From the human T2T-CHM13v2.0 reference genome, Homo sapiens: a stretch of 64,000 bases of DNA. How positions within the stretch are numbered: the stretch's first letter is position 1; the number at the start of each line of letters is the position of its first letter. Shown piece by piece: positions 53,690 to 64,000 of this stretch. Below the pieces are notes generated by a model. That model made no database searches. It was not told where the DNA came from and saw only the letters and a list, made by a program, of their open reading frames with translations. The DNA is taken from NCBI RefSeq assembly GCF_009914755.1, contig NC_060936.1; one strand, given 5' to 3'. Position numbers and translations under genes: made by a program.

Positions 53690-54919
53690 ATGGTCATCCC
53701 CAAACCTGAGTATATTCTTTCCTACCCCTCCTCATAATAGCAAGATCTGTGCAGGAAGTAGTATAATCACATTAATTATCACACAAGTACAAAGTAATAA
53801 GACTACTAAAATGACTTTTCACTTCTCCACTTTCACCAATAACTTTTGTCTTTTTTTTCAGTAAATTTATGAGACTGTAATGACATTCCTGTGTTCTAAG
53901 TTGACGGAAAGGACCACACTGCATGCATGGCAGATGTCCTTGCAAAGCAGGAGAGAATGCCAATAAGCCTTAATGGTGTTAACTTGCTGATGGTATTCTG
54001 CAATAAAATTGCCTTTTCTTGCAAGAATTGGGTCCAATACTCATAAACACATATGATTGTGTTAATCAGCCTTGCTGATTAACTATAAAGATTACATTTA
54101 GAAAGCATTGCTGATTAAATTTCAGTAACTGTTGCCTGAACCTTCCAGATATGAAGTAGCCACCCTGGTAACCAAAACTAATATAACCATTGTCAAGTCC
54201 TGGACTCTCTTCTGAGCTCCCAATAAACAATAATCAGCATTTGAAACTTTGACCCAGAACAAACTCACAGAACTTGCTTGCGGTACTTTGCAAATAAATT
54301 ATTATGTAAATGTATATGCAGTTAACCTGTACAACTGGTAAGTTGGCCATATGAAAATAGTTGCTTTAACAAGAAACTAGAATTCTTGAACAACAGAAAC
54401 AAGAAAAGCATTACTTGGCATACTGGTAAAAAAAAAACATATATTTCTGTCAATTCAGAACACTCTATACTTTCACCTACCCCATAGCTCCATCTGCGTT
54501 CTTATGTGTCAATTAACCTACTGTTAAACAATCAATATAATTCCATTCCCAGTCATCATCAGATTTATCATATATATTAGAATAAGTTGAATCTTTGAAA
54601 GGAAAGTTATCCACTAATATAAAATCCAAATGTATCCACTAATATAGCCTTCTAGAGAAAGGCTACATAGGATATTTGTCTCTACATTTATACAAATATA
54701 ATATTCAACACTGATTTCTTATATATTAATCATCAGAACTTAATCATACTACTTAAGATATATGAGTCTCAGTTTCCTAATCTGGAAGATGGGAATAAAT
54801 ATCATATTCACCATATAGGGTAATTGTGAAGATTAAAATATATTATTATGTTATTATTAATACAATGTTCAGCATATACATACTTGTGTATAAATGGATT
54901 TTATTAACTTATTTTATTC

Positions 54920-56020
54920 TGTATTTTTTTTTCTTTCAAACAGAGAAACACTCAGATCCTAAGGGTACTCTTCAATCTGTCTTGAAAACTGTAAATAAAG
55001 ACCCCAAACATTTTCATCACCCAAATGTATTTGTGTCTCTTCTCAGTTACTCCCCCACTCCAGAGGCAACCACTGGTCTGATATTTATCACCCTATGTTA
55101 GTGCAGTAGGTAGAATTTTAAGATGAACCCTAGGAAATAATGCTTTTCATGGTCTCCTCCTCAATCAATGTGGGAGCAATCTATGACTCATATGCATTTT
55201 CATATAAATATAGTTTTAGAGTATGTTCTCTTCAGTATTTGACTTCTGTCACTCAGCTCAGTATTTCTTAGAACTATCCATGTTGTTACATGTGTCAATA
55301 GTTTGTTCCTTTTAATTGCTGTGTTGTATTAGATTTCATGACTATATGTATATAGCACTTAATATTCCTGTTGATGGTACTCTGGTTTGTTTCTGAGTTT
55401 TGAATATTATGAGTAATGCTATTATGAAAATTAACATACAAAGTGTTTGTAAACATATTTGTTCATTTGTCTTAGTTACATACATGAGATTGTAATTACT
55501 GCACTGTTGTGTAAATGGATGTTCAACTTCTATGACAAAATGGCCAAATTGTTTTTCACATGGTTGCATCGGTTCATACCACAAGCAAAAATGTATGAGA
55601 CTCCTAGTTTTCTCCAGCATTTGGTGTTGCCAGTCTTTTACATTTTAATCCTTCTAATGGTAATTTAGTCTTTTAATTTGCATGTCTAATGCTATTAAAT
55701 ATTTTTTGTGCTCCTTGGTCACTTGCATATATTATTTGGGAAAATGTTTTAGTCCTCTTCAATTAAAAAAAAACAGCATTTTAAAATTATTGCTTCACAA
55801 CTGTTATTTACATATTTTTTATAAAAGCCCTTTGCTGCTGTAAATACAATAAAAATAAATAAGAAAATTACTTATAATTGAAAATAAATTATTTTTAATT
55901 ACTTACTTATTTTGGGTCCTCTAAAAAATCTTTGCCTAACCCAAAATCACAAATATTTCCTTTTATGTTTGTATTCTAGCTTTATTTTTCTAGCTTTTAT
56001 GTTTAGCTTTATATTTCACC
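54920..56020 (-). mobile_element. L1ME-like fragment
   Basis: CCAGAGGCAACCACTGGTCTGA, CCATGTTGTTACATGTGTCAATAGTTTGTTCC, AAATCTTTGCCTAACCCAAAATCAC. Confidence 0.7.
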
Positions 56021-56029
56021 ACACATTTC

Positions 56030-56960
<931 letters not shown>

Positions 56961-57337
56961 CTTATATCACATAGTATTAGAAGAGTGCATGGGTAATTCT
57001 TTAAACAACAAAAAAATTGCCTATAATTATTACCAATTACCTTCTAAAAAAGTAATTTATCTAAAATTTCATCTCAATATTTTTGTAAGAAATAGTAGGT
57101 AAGTGTATTTCCTTTGTGGCGAAACAATATTCTAGATGTGTTTATTATATTAATATTCTAAGTTACTCATTCTAAGATTTTTAAAGAGATATTATTTATT
57201 AGTAACATTATTTGTTAATTATTTAAATTATTTTAATATGTAATAATTAGACAATTTATATTCATTATGCATTAGCACATATGATATATGCACATTGTTA
57301 AGTAAAAAGGGAAATTTTTATAATACAGTATATAGTA

Positions 57338-57674
57338 TAGTCACATACCCCGTAGCAACTTTTTACTCAATGACTGACCTTATATACAACTGTGGTCTCA
57401 GAAGATTATAATATTGTATTTTTACTGTACGTTTTCTATGTTTAGACTCACAAATACTTAACGTTATATTACAATTGCCTACAGTGTCCAATAGAGTAAC
57501 GTGCTGAATAGGTTTGTAGCCTAGGAGCAACAGGCTATGCCGCACAGCCTAGGCATGTAATAGGCTCTACCATCTAGATTTGTGTAAGCACACTCTGTGA
57601 TATTCTCACAACATGAAATCACCCAATGGCACATTTCTGAGAATATATACTTGTCATTAAGTGATCCATGACTG
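57338..57674 (-). mobile_element. Tigger3a-like MITE
   Basis: GGTTTGTAGCCTAGGAGCAACAGGCTA...CCATCTAGATTTGTGTAAG; terminal (C/T)AGTCA...CATGACTG inverted ends. Confidence 0.85.
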
Positions 57675-57739
57675 TGTTTAGTGTTCTATTACAAAGATAT
57701 AGAATTGCCAGCAGTACAACTCTAGATCTTACTGTAACT

Positions 57740-57897
57740 CTTTTCTTAAGAGCTTTATTGAGGTATAATTGATATGCAATAAACTGAACATATTTAATGC
57801 TTACAATTTGATGAGTTTGGGCATATGCATACATTCATGAAACCATTGCCACAACCAAGGTAATAGACTATCCATCACCTCCCAATTTCCTTGTTTC

Positions 57898-57931
<34 letters not shown>

Positions 57932-58800
57932 TGTGTTAAGAATGCTTAACATGAGATCGCTCCTCTTAACAAAACTTTAAGTGCATAGTCCAGTATTGTT
58001 GACAGTAGGCATTATGCTGTACAGCAGATTTCTAGAATTAATACATCTTGCATAACTCAAACTTCATACTAATTGAACGACAACTCCGCATTTCCTTTTC
58101 CTCCAACCGCTGCTAACCACTATTCTCTCCTCCTACGAGTTGGAGGACTTTAGGTACCTTGTATAAGTGGAATCATGCAGTATTTGTTCATTTATTATTG
58201 ATTTATTTCATTTAGCATAGTGACCTCTGGTTTCATCTGTGTTGTTTCAAGTGTCAGGATTTCCTTATTTTTAAAAGCCGAACAATATATTATTGTGTGT
58301 ATATACCACATTTTATTTATCCATTCATCTGTCTATGGACATTTGGTTTGTTTCTGTAATGTGGCTATTGTGAATAATGCTACACAAAACATTGAAGTAC
58401 AGATAGCTCATCCAGATCCAGATTTCAAGTCTTTGGGTATATACTCAGAAGTAGGACTTCTGGACTGTATTACAGTTCTACTTTTGATTATTTTTGAGAA
58501 ATCTCCATACTATTTTTCATAGCAGCTGAATGATTTTACATTCTCAAAAATAGTGTAGAAGGTTATAATTTCTCCACATCCTAACATTTGTTATATTTTT
58601 GTGTTTGTTTGTCTTGTTTATAACAGCTATCCTAACTGGTGTAAGGTGAAAACCTCATTGGTTGATTTGTGTTTCCTGATAAATAGTAATGTTAAGAATT
58701 TATAATGTACCTGTTGAACATTTAAAATGTCTCTTCAAGTCCTTTGCTCATTTTTAAATTGGGTCATTTGTTTTTGTGCTATTGAGATGTAATATTTCTG
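57740..58800 (-). mobile_element. L1MA9/MB-like 3' end with internal (TG)n
   Basis: AGCTTTATTGAGGTATAATTG, GCTGTACAGCAGATTTCTAGA, ATAAGTGGAATCATGCAGTATTTG. Confidence 0.85.
57901..57930. repeat. (GT)15 microsatellite
   Basis: Perfect GT run. Confidence 0.95.
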
Positions 58801-58804
58801 GATG

Positions 58805-59365
58805 TTTTTTAACTTGTATTTTAAGTTCAGGGGTACATGACCAGGTTTATTACATAGGTAAACTGGTGTCATGGGGGTTTGTTGTACAGAATGTTTCTCA
58901 CCCAGGTATGTAGCCTAGTACCCATTAGTTATTTTTCCTGATCCTCTCCCTCTTCCACCCTCCATCCTCCAAAAGTTCCACGTGTGTGTTTTTCCCCTTT
59001 CTGTGTCCATGTGTTCTCATCATTTAGCTCTCACTTATAAGTGAGAACATGCAGTATTTGGCTTTCTGTTGCTGTGTTAGTTTGCTAGGCACTGTGGCCT
59101 GCAGTTCCATCCATGTCCCCGCAAAGGACATGATCTCATTCTTTTTTTATGGCTGCATAGTATTCCATTGTGTATATGTACCACCTTGTTTTTATCCAGT
59201 TTATCATTGATAGGCATTTAGGTTGATTCCATGTCTTTGCTATTGTGAATAATGCTGCAATGAACACATGTGTGCATGTGTCTTTATAATAGAATGTTTT
59301 ATATTCCTTTGGTTATATACCCAGTAATGGGATGGCTGGGTTGACTGGTATTTCTGTCTTTAGGT
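58805..59365 (-). mobile_element. L1PA13-16-like 3' end, 5'-truncated
   Basis: TTTTAAGTTCAGGGGTACATG...CACTTATAAGTGAGAACATGCAGTATTTGG...ATACCCAGTAATGGGAT. Confidence 0.9.
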
Positions 59366-59897
59366 AGCACTTTTCAAAAGAAGACATAGATGCAGCAGTT
59401 CTTTATTGTAACTCTTGAGTCATTCAAAAATAATTTCGTTTCAGAGCACCAACAATGTCTATTTAGTATAAGTAAAGTTACATTAAAACTTTCAGCTAAC
59501 ATCAAAGGACCCAAAGTGCTTCTGTATATTACAGAAGTGAAGAATTATACGTGTACTCAAATATACAGAGCTCCAGTTCATATATGAAAAAAAAACTATT
59601 TTACCTTCTTTAATACACATTTGAAAAATATATTTTAAAACTGAAAGGACTGTATGTTAACAATTAACTATGTGCATGGAAATATGGGCAAACCTATATT
59701 CTTAACTGTGAATTTTTTAAAACCACGTTTTGTAAATACTTTGTAGACATTATTTTATATATAACTCTTTGCCTCCTTCCAAAGTAGATAACATATGCAT
59801 CAGAAATGACTTGATTTTATCTTATTTTTCTTAATATGAAAATTTTAGGTTTAAAATATGAACTACATAATCAAAAGATGACTTTTAAATCCATGAG

Positions 59898-59901
<4 letters not shown>

Positions 59902-59937
<36 letters not shown>

Positions 59938-59952
59938 TGTGTGTGTGTGTGT
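59902..59952. repeat. Compound (AT)n(GT)n microsatellite
   Basis: About 16 AT units directly followed by 9 GT units. Confidence 0.95.
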
Positions 59953-62409
59953 ATACACACACCATAGAATTGATTGATTGCATTTATATATCACATTAAT
60001 ATTTTCCATTATTTTACCTTAGTTCTGTGGGTCTTACTGTCATGGAAACATTTATTCCCCATTGTAATCACTGCTGGTGTAAAATACAGCTGCCTAACAA
60101 ATGTACAGTGGAATAGGTTCTTTTTAGCATCTGTTAAATCTCAACAGTGTATAACTGTTCTTTTTAGAGTGCATTAATCATGGAAGAGTGAGACAGAACT
60201 AAAGAGTTTAGCCCTTTTGGACTCCCTTTGTATCTAATTTAAGCATGTATGACCCATTGCTTTCATTGTTGTGCTTACAACAGCTGTTTCTTATTATTAA
60301 GAAAAGCAGCTTTGCGTGCAGAACATAAAACAATAAACGCTAGCCATGTGGATACAGTACATTTGCTTCTAAAGTTTATAAATATACACTTAATAAAAAA
60401 GTAAGGTGATGGTAACCATATTTCACAGAGAACAAATGGTACCACTTCAGGCAATAAAGTCTAACACCTCCTGATCAAAAGAAAACAAAATACTAAGTTT
60501 AACAATCCCCAACATTGCAAAAATTTGTGCAATTAATAAAATAAAATTACTTGGAAGGAGGTTAAAGGATGAGGTAGGTTCCTAAGGATTGTGGTATAGA
60601 GAGAGCATGTTTAGAGTTTTTCCTCTTAGAAAACCACATAATGTAACTTCTAGATACCATTGGGAAGTGTAGAAATTACAGAAATGTTGTTGAGTGAATA
60701 CAAGTGCTTATGCTGGAGACCACAAACCTTACTTGTATGTGTGTCAATTTATAAAAATATTTTGGAAACACTTTTTTTCTCATTCAATTTGTAAGTGAAA
60801 TTCTATTACCTTAATAATCATAAGTATTAATAAATATGTTGATGATTTATTCTGTACTTTAAAATTCCCCTGCATGTTGAAAGTTCTTAAAGCACAAATC
60901 ACTGAGGCAACTTTAGAATTTTTTTGGATAGAAAACTAACCAATCAGATGGAAGTCAAAATAATAAAATAGGTGTTATCAAAACCATAACACATTTTTTA
61001 AATAATGCATGTTTTCAGCATTGTGCTATTTTCTTTAATCTCTTTTCAAACTAAAAGTCGGGAAGTTTCTAAGTGTTCTTTGCTGATCTTCACTGGTGAA
61101 GTGCTTATATAAGAAAATGTTTCTTTTTACTTCCTAGTAAAAATTCTGGCAGCTACGAGGACTTCAGTAAGCCAATAGTCTATTTTTTTTTTTTTTTGGA
61201 GAAATGATAATATTCTACAACGTCTCTTTTCAAAATTTTTCTTCTCCAAAGTACATCTCCACTCGCTTGTTAGAGACGGTTTATCTTTTAACTTTTCTGG
61301 TTATACCTTATTTGTCATGCTTTCTATTCAAATTTAGTTTCTATAAACACTCAGTTAAAGAAAGTTGTAAGGCTAATACCTATTGTATGAATGTTTGAGA
61401 GCTCTTCAAAAACATATACATTTTTGGCCTCAAAATATTATACAATACACTAGTAGATGAATTTGTCTGTGAATTCCGTGAAACAAGAAGCTATGCGCAC
61501 CCTTGGGTCATAATGACCTGGAAGTAAAAATTGAGTCACATGGTGATAAACAAATTTTTTCTTTTTCCACCCACAATTACAAATACTAGTTCCTCAGGAA
61601 GTCTTCCTTCTCACCTTTTAGAGCTCAGGGAGTTATCTAATAAGTGCTGTAAGAGGACAGCTTGAAGCTCTCATCTTCCTCTGAGGGTCAGGATAACTGT
61701 TACCCAGACAGACATTTGGTTTGGGGCCATCCACCTGCCAATCCCTTCTCTAACTTAGGCAGCATTGGGCTGAAGCAAGGAGACTATGTCTATTAATAAC
61801 TTACTTAATCTTGATACCATTCTTTTCTGTGTTATTCCCAAGATAATGCTACATTCTGATCCCAACATCTCACAGAAGTTTGTCTAAAAACAGTTGCATC
61901 ATTTTTAACTTATTGCACCTGTCTTTCTCTTCCCAGAATTCAGATATGAGTTCATTGGACTGAGCTAAGGGCAACTTTTAATGAGAAACAACAAACTTTT
62001 TCCTTCTTAAGAAAGGAAGCTGACCATTGAGGGAGTTTATTCAGAATTCCTTCCTTCTGTCTACTAAGGCAATATTTTACTAGGCATGTGCAGTTGGTTT
62101 CTTATTTAATGCCAATTTCACTATCCCATCTCTTCCCATAAGATGTTTCTACATTCTTCATACAAACAAAGTTTTGGTAGCTCACCGTGATCTTCCAGAC
62201 GTGCAATATAGATTCAAGATGTAACTGTCTGCTGCACATTAATCCTTGTAATTACTGTAGCACCAACCATATTCCTAAACTTAATATACAGATAATTAAA
62301 TCAAGCTTTGTTTATTAAATAAAATGTCTTTAAAGAATAAAGCAATTATTTATTCTGAATTATGAGTCATTAATAATAGTAACTAACATTGAGTCATTAT
62401 TGTATGTTA

Positions 62410-62703
<294 letters not shown>

Positions 62704-62715
62704 TATTGTATGTTA

Positions 62716-63260
62716 AAATTCTATATCTGATACTCTCAATATGTGCTACACACCATACTAAGGCCCTTGGGGGAATAATGGTGACCAGAACATTCTCTAA
62801 GTAGAATAGAGATCACAGTTTAGTGGAATAAATAATGCTAAACAAAGGAACAAAACAAAAGTAAATATTGGCAGATTTTAAAAATGTATCTGAAGGAATA
62901 ATAGTTTAATGAGAGAGAATAAAAAAACTGAGCATGAGTGGTCAGGAAAATATAATTTGTGAACCAAAACTAACGGGAATAAAAATGGTCATGAGAAGAT
63001 CTAGAGGAAAAACATCACAAGTGGGGTCAAAAGGCAAGTAGATTTTGATGAAGGTAAGAGCATGATAGGTTTTTTAATATGACAGAGGGCTGACGTGAAC
63101 AGAGCAAAGTAAGAAAGTAGAAGTGGGAAGGGCCAGTTAGGCAGGGTCTCATAGGATCTGCCAAGAGGTTTGAATTTTATTATAATGGTAGTAGAAAGAC
63201 AATATTTTTTTTTAAGGAGGCATAGGTTAGTATTTTAATCTTTGCATTTTCTAAAGTATA
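62716..63260 (-). mobile_element. L2 3' region
   Basis: GAGTGGTCAGGAAAA, GAAGATCTAGAGGAAAAACAT, AGGTTTGAATTTTATT collinear with antisense L2. Confidence 0.65.
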
Positions 63261-64000
63261 TTTGACAATCCATCATTCATGATGTTATGCATATTTAAAA
63301 TAATTAGCTTTGCTCATAAAATTTAAAGTAGGTACACATCGTCCTACTTACATTTGCAAAAGCTTTTGTGACTTGCAATTATACCAATTTCCAAATGAGC
63401 CTATGCCACTATTCTTTATGAACATTTCAAATAATAGCTCATTATGAATGCTCATCAACAAATAGGAAGTTTCAAATAAGAATATTCCATCATACTTATT
63501 TTTAAATTTATTTGTGTGAAGTCTATGGATGTCTTCTATAAAATAGGCCCTGAATTTTTAGAGAAATGAAGTCCACAGCTTTCTGAGCAGCATTCTTTTA
63601 TAAGGAAAGCTTTTCTTTTGTTCTTCTCTTACTTTTTAGTTGTTATTTTAATTTAGCAAAAGTATGGACTTGCATATTTTTTCTATTTTGAAATCAATAT
63701 ATTAGATTTAGATTTCATTTTAGTCATTATTCATTTTGATAATCATATTTGTCCAGTTGAGCTGTTTAATCTGACTCCAATGTTGTCTTTTTGACAGATC
63801 TCCACTAGTAGGGAGAATTTTCTCACTTTCTTGGACAATAAAATATTCCAGTTAACTTTCAAATTTCACTGTCCCAGACCTGAAACCAGTCATTTCTACT
63901 ACAAGCACTATTAGTTTAAGTAGGTAGTAGTATCTAGATTTGCCTCAAATATTGCTCATTGCTGATAAGGTGTCTGTTTTCATGCCTTTTTATAATGACT

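Overview
AT-rich, CpG-poor primate (human-like) genomic DNA, either intergenic or deep intronic. I find no intact protein-coding gene, RNA gene or CRISPR array. The window opens inside a decayed HERV-L provirus (end of gag, pro, pol with RT/RNaseH/IN, dUTPase, then an MLT2A 3' LTR; 1-4509). It contains one clear intronless, disabled WDR12 processed pseudogene on the minus strand (~44616-46270). The rest is layered repeats: AluY/AluS/FLAM/FRAM, L1PA/PB/M fragments, L2, MIR, ERVL/MaLR LTRs (MSTA, MLT1A, MLT2B/D, MER21A), a MER11 (HERV-K/HML-8) solo LTR nested in MLT2D, Tigger-family MITEs and microsatellites. I see no evidence for a new biological system. The most notable items are structural: a scrambled LTR/L1 mosaic, a poly(A)-only insertion with a 16-bp TSD, an AluY without a TSD, a 138-bp tandem duplication, and a repeat-free block that looks like an enhancer. 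Repeat subfamily names come from recalled consensus sequences and need Dfam/RepeatMasker confirmation; boundaries of old repeats are approximate.
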